Notes: generated by a model not told the origin, from the sequence alone. Counted from the stretch's first letter, positions 1 to 13,107 are shown. The stretch is 64,000 bases of DNA from Eledone cirrhosa (GCA_964016885.1 OZ024740.1:213280001-213344000); one strand, 5' to 3'. Program-made: numbers and translations.

Positions 1-2691
1 AGGAGATATCAACCCTTTTGTTACTATATCTCTAATGAAATATACTGTACTTCAATGGAAGTAGGAGTACAGGAGATATCAACCCTTTTGTTACTATATC
101 TCTAACAAAATATACTGTACTTCAATGGAAGTAGGAGTACAGGAGATATCAACCCTTTTGTTACCATATCTCTAACAAAATATACTGTACTTCAATGAAA
201 GAAGGAGTACAGGAGATATCAACCCTTTTGTTACCATATCTCCAATGAAATATACTGTACTTCAATGGAAGTAAGAGTACAGGAGATATCAACCCTTTTG
301 TTACCATATCTCTAACAAAATATACTGTACTTCAATGGAAGTAGCAGTACAGGAGATATCAACCCTTTTGTTACCATATCTCTAATTAAATATACTGTAC
401 TTCAATGGAAGTAGGAGTACAGGAGATATCAACCCTTTTGTTACCACATCTCTAACAAAATATACTGTACTTCAATGGAAGTAGGAGTACAGGAGATATC
501 AACCCTTTTGTTACCATATCTCTAACAAAATATACTGTACTTCAATGAAAGAAGGAGTACAGGAGATATCAACCCTTTTGTTACCATATCTCCAATGAAA
601 TATACTGTACTTCAATGGAAGTAAGAGTACAGGAGATATCAACCCTTTTGTTACCATATCTCCAATGAAATATACTGTACTTCAATGGAAGTAGGAGTAC
701 AGGAGATATCAACCCTTTTGTTACCATATCTCCAATGAAATATACTGTACTTCAATGGAAGTAGGAGTACAGGAGATATCAACCCTTTTGTTACCATGTC
801 TCTAACAAAATATACTGTACTTCAATGGAAGTAGGAGTACAGGAGATATCAACCCTTTTGTTACCATATCTCTAACAAAATATACTGTACTTCAATGAAA
901 GAAGGAGTACAGGAGATATCAACCCTTTTGTTACCATATCTCCAATGAAATATACTGTACTTCAATGGAAGTAAGAGTACAGGAGATATCAACCCTTTTG
1001 TTACCATATCTCCAATGAAATATACTGTACTTCAATGGAAGTAGGAGTACAGGAGATATCAACCCTTTTGTTACCATATCTCCAATGAAATATACTGTAC
1101 TTCAATGGAAGTAGGAGTACAGGAGATATCAACCCTTTTGTTACCATGTCTCTAACAAAATATACTGTACTTCAATGGAAGTAGGAGTACAGGAGATATC
1201 AACCCTTTTGTTACCATATCTCTAACAAAATATACTGTACTTCAATGGAAGTAGGAGTACAGGAGATATGAGTACAGGAGATATCAACCCTTTTGTTACC
1301 ATATCTCTAACAAAATATACTGTACTTCAATGAAAGAAGGAGTACAGGAGATATGAGTACAGGAGATATCAACCCTTTTGTTACCATATCTCCAATGAAA
1401 TATACTGTACTTCAATGGAAGTAGGAGTACAGGAGATATCAACCCTTTTGTTATCATATCTCCAATGAAATATACTGTACTTCAATGGAAGTAGGAGTAC
1501 AGGAGATATCAACCCTTTTGTTACCATATCTCTAACAAAATATACTGTACTTCAATGAAAGAAGGAGTACAGGAGATATCAACCCTTTTGTTACCATATC
1601 TCCAATGAAATATACTGTACTTCAATGGAAGTAGGAGTACAGGAGATATCAACCCTTTTGTTACTATATCTCTAATGAAATATACTGTACTTCAATGGAA
1701 GTAGGAGTACAGGAGATATCAACCCTTTTGTTACCATATCTCCAATGAAATATACTGTACTTCAATGGAAGTAGGAGTACAGGAGATATCAACCCTTTTG
1801 TTACTATATCTCTAACAAAATATACTGTACTTCAATGGAAGTAGGAGTACAGGAGATATCAACCCTTTTGTTACCATATCTCTAACAAAATATACTGTAC
1901 TTCAATGGAATTAGTACAGGAGATATCAACCCTTTTGTTACTATATCTCTAATGAAATATACTGTACTTCAATGGAAGTAGGAGTACAGGAGATATCAAC
2001 CCTTTTGTTACTATATCTCTAACAAAATATACTGTACTTCAATGGAAGTAGGAGTACAGGAGATATCAACCCTTTTGTTACCATATCTCTAACAAAATAT
2101 ACTGTACTTCAATGGAATTAGTACAGGAGATATCAACCCTTTTGTTACTATATCTCTAATGAAATATACTGTACTTCAATGGAAGTAGGAGTACAGGAGA
2201 TATCAACCCTTTTGTTACTATATCTCTAACAAAATATACTGTACTTCAATGGAAGTAGGAGTACAGGAGATATCAACCCTTTTGTTACCATATCTCTAAC
2301 AAAATATACTGTACTTCAATGGAATTAGTACAGGAGATATCAACCCTTTTGTTACTATATCTCTAATGAAATATACTGTACTTCAATGGAAGTAGGAGTA
2401 CAGGAGATATCAACCCTTTTGTTACTATATCTCTAACAAAATATACTGTACTTCAATGGAAGTAGGAGTACAGGAGATATCAACCCTTTTGTTACCATAT
2501 CTCTAACAAAATATACTGTACTTCAATGGAATTAGTACAGGAGATATCAACCCTTTTGTTACTATATCTCTAATGAAATATACTGTACTTCAATGGAAGT
2601 AGGAGTACAGGAGATATCAATCCTTTTGTTACCATATCTCTAATGAAATATACTGTACTTCAATGGAAGTAGAAGTACAAGAGATATCAAC
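1..2691. repeat. 70-bp minisatellite, about 38 copies, runs off the window start
   Basis: Unit AGGAGATATCAACCCTTTTGTTACCATATCTCTAACAAAATATACTGTACTTCAATGGAAGTAGGAGTAC recurs at 1, 71, 141 and onward; a few shortened or slipped units. Confidence 0.97.
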
Positions 2692-2744
2692 ACTATTACT
2701 AGCCTTGTGCTTAAATCAGAAACCACTATTTCTATTACTATTAG

Positions 2745-2853
2745 AATTATTGTTGAGGGTCAATAAAATAAAGTACCTATGAAGTACTGAGGTCAACTAA
2801 CCCCTCCATCCCCAAATTGCTGGCCTAATGCCTAAATTAGAAGCCATTATTAT
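2745..2853 (+). mobile_element. SINE 3' half (family also at 15170-15575, 63245-63432)
   Basis: GGGTCAATAAAATAAAGTACC...GTACTGAGGTCAA...AATTGCTGGCCTAATGCCTAAATTAGAAGCCATTATTAT resembles the 3' part of the other SINE copies in the window. Confidence 0.55.
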
Positions 2854-3031
2854 CATTGGAGTGTCAAATGAAAATGTTTAGGATGGTTCAAAATATTCTT
2901 ATATAACATTATATTGGATGGTTTTAATTTAAATATGAACACTTTAAAATGGGTGGCTTGTGGCAAGGTGGTATTTTTTAAAAAATGGTTTAAAGGGGCA
3001 CAGCCTGACAATGAACCAAAAATTGGATGCA

Positions 3032-3307
3032 CTCTCGGGTCCCAAATAATGGGGGGGGGGGGCATTTGCTTAAATTCTTATAAACGGCGGGAGTGGGACA
3101 TAATTGTATTTATAAATACGGGATTTCTTTGTAATGTTCTTTTTTTTTTGTCATATATGTAATGTTTTTTTTTAATGTAAAATAAAAATTATTATTAGAT
3201 TCTCCGGCTGCTGTATCAATATGAATCACTTACAATAAATTTCGCTATAGATATATTAAAAAAATTTAATGGGGGGGGGGGGGGGGGGCTTATTCAAGAC
3301 CTGAGAG
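3032..3307. mobile_element. Degenerate MITE, Tc1/mariner-like
   Basis: Imperfect TIRs CTCTCGGGTCCCAAATAA / TTATTCAAGACCTGAGAG, followed by TA on the right. Confidence 0.4.
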
Positions 3308-3759
3308 TAGTTTGTGATGAGGAATTTACTAATAATATTGATGGTTGTCTCTTGTATGTAATGTAAAATGTTTCTGAAGTTGTTCCTGATTAAAGATAGA
3401 GGGAGCCACATGTATGGTGGCTATTGTTGGTTTTTGGTTTGTTTGTTGTTTTTTTAGTTTTTGCGATTAGTAACCACTCAGACTATAGAACATTTAGACT
3501 GTAAAATACAAACCGCAAACACCTCAATGAAGTTTTAGCTATAGTGATGTTGTGTGCATTTTAGAGGTTACTGGACATAGAACTAACAGGGGGATGATTA
3601 TTTTTGTTTCTTTTAGTAAAACTTTATCAAAGGAAAAGGTAATTTCTTTTATTTTGATGTTTAGTCAGGTAGGGAAAAATAGTAGCCATGATGCTTTTCA
3701 AGGTCTGCAAGACTGGAAAAAAGGAAAGAGGAAGTTATCCACAAATTGGAAAAGCCTAT

Positions 3760-3895
3760 CGTTAAGACTCACTAAGGAGATGATGAAGAAACACAGTGAG
3801 TGCAGAGATGCTGTGCTGACAAGGACCCGTCCAACCCATGCAAGCATGAAAAACAGACATAAAAAAACACTGATGATGATGATGATAATAATAAT
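3760..3895 (+). mobile_element. Old RTE LINE 3' fragment
   Basis: Encodes RLTKEMMKKHSECRDAVLTRTRPT, then the RTE 3' stem-loop CCCATGCAAGCATG and a (GAT)n tail. Confidence 0.7.
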
Positions 3896-4277
3896 GTCCA
3901 AATGCTTGTAACAGTGAACTCTGCTAAAGGCCTCTCAAGGGCCAAGTAATGGTGTTAAACTGAATAACAGATTAAGCTTACTACATAAGTAGGACACAGC
4001 AGGATTTCAACTCAGAATGCAGAAAAAAAAGTTCAAAGCATCTCATCCAACACTCTAACAATTGAGCCAATCTGAATTATTTTATTGCCAAAAGGATGAA
4101 GTTTAGATAGGTAGGATTTAAAATCAGAGCACAGAGCGGTGGTAGAGATCTTGCAAAGTATTGTTTTCTTTGTTGCACATGATCTAATATCTCAGCTAAT
4201 TTGATACCTACATCCATGACCTTTCAATGTCCTTCCAGACAGGGAGATTTCTGTGGCCCATAGTTCAGACCAAATAT

Positions 4278-4472
4278 TAGCATTTAAACCGGCCAGAATT
4301 CTCCCACCACTTTCTGTTCAAACCAGCTGTAACCAGCTGCTCATACTTGTGTTAAGGTATTGTTCTCAAAATAAATTAATATCAAAATCTTGTAGATTCG
4401 ATATTATGTGAGATAAAATGTTTACCATGAAAATACAATAGTAAATAGAGTAATGTAAATACTAAAGGGTTA
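4278..4472. mobile_element. piggyBac-type MITE whose right end runs into the 39-bp array
   Basis: Colinear with the intact MITE at 13893-14196 (TAGCATTTAAACC..GGCCAGAATTCTC..GTTAAGGTATTGTT..TAAATACTAAAGGGTTA). Confidence 0.75.
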
Positions 4473-5587
4473 CTATAGTAAATATAGAGTAATGTAAATA
4501 CTAAAGGGTTACTATAGTAAATATAGAGTAATGTAAATGGTAAAGGGTTACTATAGTAAATATAGAGTAATGTAAATGGTAAAGAGTTACTATAGTATAT
4601 ATATAGAGTAATGTAAATGGTAAAGAGTTACTATAGTATATATAGAGTAATGTAAATGGTAAAGGGTTACTACAGTAAATATAGAGTAATGTAAATACTA
4701 AAGGGTTACTATAGTATATATAGAGTAATGTAAATGGTAAAGGGTTACTACAGTAAATATAGAGTAATGTAAATGGTAAAGAGTTACTATAGTAAATATA
4801 GAGTAATGTAAATGGTAAAGGGTTACTATAGTATATATAGAGTAATGTAAATGGTAAAGGGTTACAACAGTAAATATAGAGTAATGTAAATGGTAAAGAG
4901 TTACTATAGTAAATATAGAGTAATGTAAATGGTAAAAAGTTACTATAGTATATATAGAGTAATGTAAATGGTAAAGAGTTACTACAGTATATATAGAGTA
5001 ATGTAAATGGTAAAGGGTTACTATAGTAAATATAGAGTAATGTAAATGGTAAAGGGTTACTATCGTAAATATAGAATAATGTAAATACTAAAGGGTTACT
5101 ATCGTAAATATAGAGTAATGTAAATGGTAAAGAGTTACTATAGTAAATATAGAGTAATGTAAATGGTAAAGGGTTACTATCGTAAATATAGAATAATGTA
5201 AATACTAAAGGGTTACTATAGTAAATATAGAGTAATGTAAATGGTAAAGGGTTACTATCGTAAATATAGAATAATGTAAATACTAAAGGGTTACTATAGT
5301 AAATATAGAGTAATGTAAATGGTAAAGGGTTACTATCGTAAATATAGAATAATGTAAATACTAAAGGGTTACAACAGTAAATATAGAGTAATGTAAATGG
5401 TAAAGGGTTACAACAGTAAATATAGAGTAATGTAAATGGTAAAAGGTTACTATAGTATATATAGAGTAATGTAAATGGTAAAGGGTTATTATAGTATATA
5501 TAGAGTAATGTAAATGGTAAAGGGTTACTATAGTAAATATAGAGTAATGTAAATGGTAAAGGGTTACTATAGTAAATATAGAGTAAT

Positions 5588-5890
5588 CATCATCATCATC
5601 AATGTTTAACGTCCGTGTTCCACGCTTGCATGGGTTTGGACGGGGGTATTCCCGCTTGAGGCAAGAGTGATTGTCTTGCTCGCATAGGACTGTCTGGCAG
5701 GTTTTCTACAGTTGGATGCCCTTCCTAACACCAACCACATTTACAGTGTGGGTCTGGGAGGTTTTTACCGTGTTGCCTACACGGCCACATTACAGCGTGG
5801 ACTGTGTGTTTTTTTGTCGTGACACCTACACGATCTCATTTGTTTCGGCCTGGATGGCGCGGCACCAACATAACTTTACATAGAACATAG
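5588..5890 (-). mobile_element. 5'-truncated RTE (family B) 3'UTR insertion
   Basis: (CAT)n tail then near-identity to 32605-32910 (both give the same 70-aa spurious [13 protein letters not shown]...HQHNFT) and to the reverse complement of 30130-30425. Confidence 0.9.
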
Positions 5891-6173
5891 AACATAGAAT
5901 GTAAATGGTAAAGGGTTACTATCGTAAATATAGAATAATGTAAATACTAAAGGGTTACAACAGTAAATATAGAGTAATGTAAATGGTAAAGAGTTACTAT
6001 AGTAAATATAGAGTAATGTAAATGGTAAAGGGTTACTATAGTAAATATAGAGTAATGTAAATACTAAAGGGTTACAACAGTAAATATAGAGTAATGTAAA
6101 TGGTAAAGAGTTACTATAGTAAATATAGAGTAATGTAAATACTAAAGGGTTACAATAGTAAATATAGAGTAAT

Positions 6174-8864
6174 CATCATCATCATCATCATCATCATCAT
6201 TTTACGTCCGCTTTTCCCTGCTTGCAAGGGTGGGACGGGTCATATTCAGCACAGCATCTCTCCACTCGTCACGGTCCTTCGTCATCTCCACCGTGAGCTT
6301 CAATGATCTGAGGTCTGTTCTCACCACCTCCGCCCATGTTTTTCGTGGTCTACCTCTACCACGTCTTCCTTCAACTGGCATTTCCTGGAACTTCTTCACC
6401 CATCGGTCATCCTCCATGCGCATCACATGTCCATACCACCTCAGTCTCCTCTCCCGTACACTACATTCTATCCCTCTCAGACACAGTTTCTCTCTCAACA
6501 CATTTATGCTGGGTCGTTCACGCACATTTACACTGCACATCCAACGGAGCATGCTTGCCTCATTTCTCTCCAGCCGTCGCATGTCCTCTGCAGTTGCTGC
6601 CCATGTCTCACTACCATGCAGCATCGCGCTCCTCACACAGGCATCATACAACCGGCCTTTCGTACACAGAGAAACTCTTCTTCGTCAACAGAGGAAGCAG
6701 CTCCCTAAACTTCTTCCAACCCGTCCTTATTCTAGATACTATGGCCTCGGAACACCCTCCCCATGCTAATCTGATCTCCTAGGTACCGGAAGCTATCCAC
6801 CACTTCTATAGCGCCCTCCTGCATTTGAAAAATGTGTCTATCAATGCGACTTCTACTGTCTAATTTCCCTGTATATCTACTGCATACATATTTCTCCCTA
6901 CCTGTTAGTTTGCCTGCTATCCCGCTACATCTCTTGTGTACCCGGGGTCTGCATTGTGTGCATTTTATAGAATTTATGCCAGTTCCTTTTCTGCATATCG
7001 AACATGGCCATTTCCCTGACGTAATCAGGGTTTTGTCCTCTTTTCTACTCATCAACACTTTTGTCTTAGCTAGATTCACTCTCAGTCCTCTTGCTTCCAA
7101 CTGCTGTTTCCATAGCCAGAATTTATTCTCTAGCTCCTCTACTGATTCTGCTATAAGAACCAGATCGTCAGCATAGAGAAGTTCCCATGGACAGCCAGTC
7201 TTAAACTCCTCTGTTATGGCTTGGAGGACTATAATGAACAAGAGCGGGCTGAGGACCAAACCCTGATGTACTCCTACTTGTATCTGGAATTCCTCACTAA
7301 ACTCCATTCCTACCTCGACTTTACTGAGAGTACCTCTGTACAAAGTTTGCACTGTCCTCACAAGCCATTCCTCAACACCTAGCTTCCTTAGGGACCACCA
7401 GATGACAGATCTGGGTACCCTATCGAAGGCCTTCTCTAGGTCAACAAAGGCTAAGTATAGTGGCTTATTCTTCTCTAAGAACCTCTCTTGCAATTGTCTC
7501 ACCAAGAAGAGGGCATCTGTTGTACTCTTCCCAGGCACAAAACCAAACTGCATCTCATCTAGTTTGACCCTTACTCTAATTAGTTGTGCTAAAATCCTTT
7601 CTGCCACTTTCATAACCTGATCTATCAGTTTTATACCCCTATAATTGCTCCTCTCCAGAGCATCCCCTCTACCTTTGTAGCAATTTATGAGAATACTGCT
7701 GCACCAGTTTTTGGATATGACACCACCATATATAGCCTGATTGATGATGCGTGCAACTTGTTTAGTGCCTACGTCCCCTGATGCCTTCAGCATCTCAGCA
7801 ACTATTCCCGATGGTCCGGCAGCCTTACCATTTTTCATTTCCCTAATCGCCTCTTGGACCCTATATTCGTCAATCTCAATAGCTGGTCCCTCTGTCGGAT
7901 CTACCAAGGGTAATTTCTCTCTCTCCCATTTGTTCTCCACATTCATCAGTCTCTCATAATGACATTTCCAGGCCTCCTTTTTCTGATCATTCGTGACACT
8001 AAGTACACCGACATCATCCCGGACACATTTATCTCCAACAACATCCTGATTTGCATTGACACACTGCCTTGCAATGTGGAACACCGCACGCCTCTGATCT
8101 TCCCGTCGCAGAACATTGGCAAACCTCCTGCTCTCCGCCTCCCTGCGTGCTAAGTACACCTGACGTCTAGCTTCTCTCTTAGTGGCTGTATATTCTTCCC
8201 TACTCCCACCCTTTTTCCAAGCCTTCCATGCTAGTCTTTTGTCTCTAATAGCCTTATCTACTGTGCTGTTCCACCACCAGGTCACTCTCTGTCTGGTTGG
8301 AGATCTGCTCCAGCCACAAGTTTCATCAGTAGCCTGCAGCAAGTTGTCACGTAAGAAATTCCAGTTATTATCTATGTCATACGTCTCTAAATCATCTTCA
8401 TTTTTGTCATATACATCTTGAAGGGCTTTCCTAAATTTGTATTTTAGTGAAAGGTCTTTCAGCTTCCAGACCTTTCTTCTCCACACCTTCCTATATGTCT
8501 CATTCCATCTCTTGCTTACTGAGATATCACTAACAACTAACCTATGCTGTGTGGTACATTCTTCCCCAGGGTACGCCTTGGTATTAGACACAATCTGCCT
8601 GTCCCGCTGCCTAACTAGTAAGAAGTCAATCTGGCTTATGTGCTCACCAGATTTGTAGGTTATTAGGTGATTGGCAGGTTTCTGGAAGTTTGTGTTGCAA
8701 ATAGTCAATGTACCTGCATCACAAAATTCAAGAAGTCTCACTCCTTTTTCATTTCTTGAACCGTAACTGTGCCCACCATGTACCCCAGTGTAACCATCCT
8801 GGAGCTGTCCAACATGACTATTGAAGTCTCCTGCTAGCATAACGATGTCTCCATCCTCTGTCCT
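6174..8864 (-). mobile_element. RTE-clade LINE (family A), 5'-truncated: APE endonuclease C-half, RT, Cys-rich finger, C-terminal domain; frameshift near 6740
   Basis: 702-aa ORF with AGDFNSHVG, SQIDFLL, TQHRLV (APE), FVDLEKAFDRVP, GVHQG, YADD (RT), CSIC..CTQC..HKRC; 149-aa ORF with [20 protein letters not shown]; (GAT)n tail. Confidence 0.96.
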
Positions 8865-10007
8865 CTATAGTATATATAGAGTAATGTAAATAGTAAAGGG
8901 TTACTATAGTAAATATAGAGTAATGTAAATACTAAAGGGTTACAATAGTAAATATAGAGTAATGTAAATACTAAAGGGTTACTATAGTAAATATAGAGTA
9001 ATGTAAATGGTAAAAGGTTACTATAGTAAATATAGAGTAATGTAAATGGTAAAGAGTTACTATAGAAAATATAGAGTAATGTAAATGGTAAAGGGTTACT
9101 ATAGTAAATATAGAGTAATGTAAATGGTAAGGGGTTACTATAGTAAATATAGAGTAATGTAAATACTAAAGGGTTATTATAGTAAATATAGAGTAATGTA
9201 AATACTAAAGGGTTACTATAGTATATATAGAGTAATGTAAATGGTAAAGGGTTACTATAGTAAATATAGAGTAATGTAAATACTAAAGGGTTATTATAGT
9301 AAATATAGAGTAATGTAAATACTAAAGGGTTACTATAGTATATATAGAGTAATGTAAATGGTAAAGGGTTACTATAGTATACATAGAGTAATGTAAATGG
9401 TAAAGGGTTACTATAGTATATATAGAGTAATGTAAATGGTAAAGGGTTACTATAGTATATATAGAGTAATGAAAATACTAAAGGGTTACTATAGTATATA
9501 TAGAGTAATGTAAATGGTAAAGGGTTACTATAGTAAATATAGAGTAATGTAAATACTAAAGGGTTACTATAGTGAATATAGAGTAATGTAAATACTAAAG
9601 GGTTACTATAGTAAATATAGAGTAATGTAAATACTAAAGGGTTACTATCGTAAATATAGAGCAATGTAAATGGTAAAGGGTTATTATAGTATATATAGAG
9701 TAATGTAAATGGTAAAGGATTACTATAGTAAATATAGAGTAATGTAAATGGTAAAGGGTTACTATAGTAAATATAGAGTAATGTAAATACTAAAGGATTA
9801 CTATAGTAAATATAGAGCAATGTAAATGGTAAAGGGTCACTATAGTATATATAGAGTAATGTAAATGGTAAAGGGTTACTATAGTATATATAGAGTAATG
9901 TAAATGGTAAATGGTTACTATAGTATATATAGAGTAATGTAAATGGTAAAGGGTTACTATAGTATATATAGAGTAATGTAAATGGTAAATGGTTATTATA
10001 GTATATA

Positions 10008-10171
10008 CTAGCAGAATGGCCTGGCGTTGCTCGGGATTTGTTCTAGGGTTCTTATATATTTGATATACATTTATCCTTATTAAGCCTCGTGAAACAAATA
10101 CGTTTGTTTATATTTTGTTATTGTGTATGCAAAAATATCTGTACACGAATATATAATTATAATTATAATTA

Positions 10172-10253
<82 letters not shown>

Positions 10254-11074
10254 TAACAGATTAAAGTTTAAGCAAAGAATCGCTGCTTTCACCCTTAACG
10301 GGGTCTTCTGAAACTAAAAAAATCAATTTGTGAACGCAGAAAATGAATCGCTGCTTTCACCCTTAACGAGATCTTCTACCTAAATGTAGTATGAAGTATA
10401 CTAAGACTAACTGATGTAATCGTTAGCCTTGTTTGTTTATATTTTGTTTTTGTGTATGCAAAAATATGTCGGTGATGCATGTGATTATGTAATCGCCAGC
10501 CTTGTTTGTTTATATTTTGTTTTTGTGTGAGCAAAAATATCTGTACACGAATATATTTATTAAAATAACAGATTAAAGTTTAAGCAAAGAATTGCTGCTT
10601 TCAACCTTAGCGGGATATTCTGAAACTAAAAAAAATCAAAATGTGAACGCAGATGTAAATATTTCGAAAAACGTTGCAACCGAAGGAAAGCAGGTAGACG
10701 ATACTTTGGTTCGTGAAGACGTTCCCTGGCATAATATATATATACACACACACTATATATACATATACACACACACACTGATCGCGTTATAATGATGTAA
10801 TGCAGACAGTCAGGCATACAGACAGATATTATAAAGGCGCGACGTCATATCTATGTATCTATCTAAAAAGAGACAGACTAAGAGAGAGAGAGAGAGAGAG
10901 ATCGGTAAATCACCTAATGTGGTCCCTAGGGCATTGAAAATTCAAAATTTTTTTGCTCAGAACACTCAATAAGACCATAAGTATTACATGTGTAAAGTTT
11001 TAAAACAATCGGTTGGGCGGTTCTCGAGTTTTAGTGATTGAACAGACAGACATTCTCTGTTTTAGTAATATAGA
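10008..11074 (-). mobile_element. Non-autonomous Helitron
   Basis: Minus strand begins TCTATATTACTAAAA and ends CCCGAGCAACGCCAGGCCATTCTGCTAG; inserted between A and T with no TSD; removing it restores the satellite unit GTATATA|TAGAGTAAT; internal (TA)n, (GA)n and tandem duplications. Confidence 0.85.
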
Positions 11075-11374
11075 TAGAGTAATGTAAATGGTAAAAGGTT
11101 ACTATAGTATATATAGAGCAATGTAAATAATAATGGGTTAATGCATACAGGAAAAATATGGGTGTCAACGAAACTGATCCAAATGCTTGCAACATTTAAT
11201 TCCTTTAAGAAACAGGTAGGGATGTTAAACAAAATAGCATATTAGGCCTGCCACTCATTATGGCTATACACTACACAGCACTAGTGACAGGATATATGTA
11301 TGGACCTGTAACTCCTGGGAGTTATAAGAGTACCATAGTAACATACAGCATTTTTTGGATATTTTAAACCTGAT

Positions 11375-11590
11375 TGTACTCATCACTCTCTAGGTCTGAA
11401 CACAGCAGAGGAGAGAGAGTGGTAAAGAGATATAGAGGAAAAGCTGACCCCAGTACTGGACTGGTAGTTTTTATCGATCTTGAATGGATGAAAAACAAAG
11501 TTGACCCTAGTGAGATTTGAACTCAGAGAGACAGAAGAAATACTACTTTAAAAGCAATCTATCCAATGTTCTAATGACTCCACTGACAGG
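11375..11590 (-). mobile_element. Diverged SINE
   Basis: TGACCCCAGTACTGGACTGGTAG..TTTATCGA..GGATGAAAAACAAAGTTGACC..GATTTGAACTCAG (B-box-like on the minus strand). Confidence 0.6.
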
Positions 11591-11853
11591 ATATGGACTC
11601 CATCTCCTTATCCTATTGTCTACAGTCTTATCAACTTAGCCAGAAATACTCAATTACACTGGGAAATGTTAGTTATATGTGAGCCAATAAATTAGTACCA
11701 GTGCAGGACATTATATGAATTACAATGTAGTGATATGTCTTTAATGAAATCCATTGAAAATGAAATGAACTGAAATTTACAGTGCACACTTATATAGGTT
11801 TAACTGGCCTCCTATGTAGTTGTATCTCATATAAAGTTTTTTGGGTGTTTTAA

Positions 11854-13107
11854 CTCTTTCGTGACAATATTCATAATGAAATATACTGTTTTAATTAATT
11901 AAGAATTTTGAGGGATTTATCAAAATAATCAATTATTTCATTACTAAGATTAATAACTTAATGTAAGGTTCTTATATAAAACTAGCAGAGGTACACGGCG
12001 TTGCTTGGGTATTAAATAGCAGTTATGTATACCATTTATGTCAATACTTCAGTGCTGCTTCGAAAGCTATACTTTTACTAAATCATCGGCTTTTTCCAAA
12101 AGGGGGTTCTTGCCCCCAGGGGTCCCCTACTCAATATGTGCCAATTCTGAGAGTTCACATTCATCTGTAGAACAAACGTAGCCCATGTGTCAAGTTTTGT
12201 GAAAATCGGTTGCGAACTCCAGAAGTTATAACGTTTTGTTGCATTGCACTGCAGTGCTTCAGTCGACTCCAAGGAAGTGGTTATCTGCCGGGAGGCCCTA
12301 TAATCAATATCTGGAAAAATGGAAGTGCCCATGACCATCCGGAGTACATAAGTAACCTATGTCTTAAGTTTGGTGAAAATACTGTAGAAATGCATAAGGT
12401 TTATACATACGCGCGTGCGTGCGCATGTGTGGGGGTGTGTATGTATGTGTATGTCCGTCGGGGCATACGTATGCACTGGCCTAAATCTTCACTATTTACT
12501 TTTACTATTTTAATAACCTCTGTCATTTTCGTTTTCAATTTTATTTACATCATTCTTAAACTCCGGGGCTGGAAATCATTCTGTTATGTTAAATAGAATA
12601 TTAGTCTAACGACTCCATTTATACCATAAACTTGGTCTTGTCTTTGCATGAAATTGTTCTTCTCGGTCCACATAACGACGTATTATCCTCGTTCATTGCC
12701 AGGGAACGTCTTCATGAACAAAAATATCGTCTTCCTGTTTTCATTCGGCTGCAACGTTTCTCAAAATATTTACTTCTGCGTTCACAGATTACTCTCAGTT
12801 CAATTTGAATTATTAAATTCCTGTTTCATCAATTTTCTCCGTAACCATGGAAGCTTGTAGCTTGAAAGTCGACCCAACGCCTCCTCGGGTCATTCTGCAT
12901 AACTGTGTAAATTTTCGCTGCATTCCACCAAGCTGTTTCGACGTTTATCCGACTACACCTACTTACTTAAATATACAACGTCCGACCACTTCCAATTTAT
13001 ATAGTAGATTATGTTGGAAGATTTTAATATAAATCGGAAACCTTTAAAATGCGTGGTTTTATTTCAAAGAACCAGAGCCGGTTTTGGCTGAATTGGTAGC
13101 TAAAGGG
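11854..13107. mobile_element. piggyBac-type MITE (about 230 bp) split by a Helitron
   Basis: TTAA|CTCTTTCGTGACAA ... TTGGTAGCTAAAGGG|TTAT termini. Confidence 0.6.
11982..13008 (-). mobile_element. Second non-autonomous Helitron
   Basis: Minus strand 5' TCTACTATATAAA ... 3' CCCAAGCAACGCCGTGTACCTCTGCTAG; A^T target; 3' end related to the Helitron at 10008. Confidence 0.78.

Larger units (their letters stand above)
4436..11140. repeat. 39-bp minisatellite split into 4 blocks (4436-5587, ~5898-6173, 8865-10007, 11075-11140) by three TE insertions
   Basis: Unit AGAGTAATGTAAATGGTAAAGGGTTACTATAGTAAATAT with variants; the phase resumes after each insertion. Confidence 0.95.

Noticed and set aside
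6230-8658. Plus-strand ORFs overlapping RTE elements
   Set aside because: Antisense shadows of the LINE coding frame.
8834-9820. 328-aa repetitive ORF (LLYIYYSNPLPFT)n apparently upstream of the RTE ORF
   Set aside because: Read-through of the 39-bp (13-codon) minisatellite; adjacency is due to the RTE inserting in the array.
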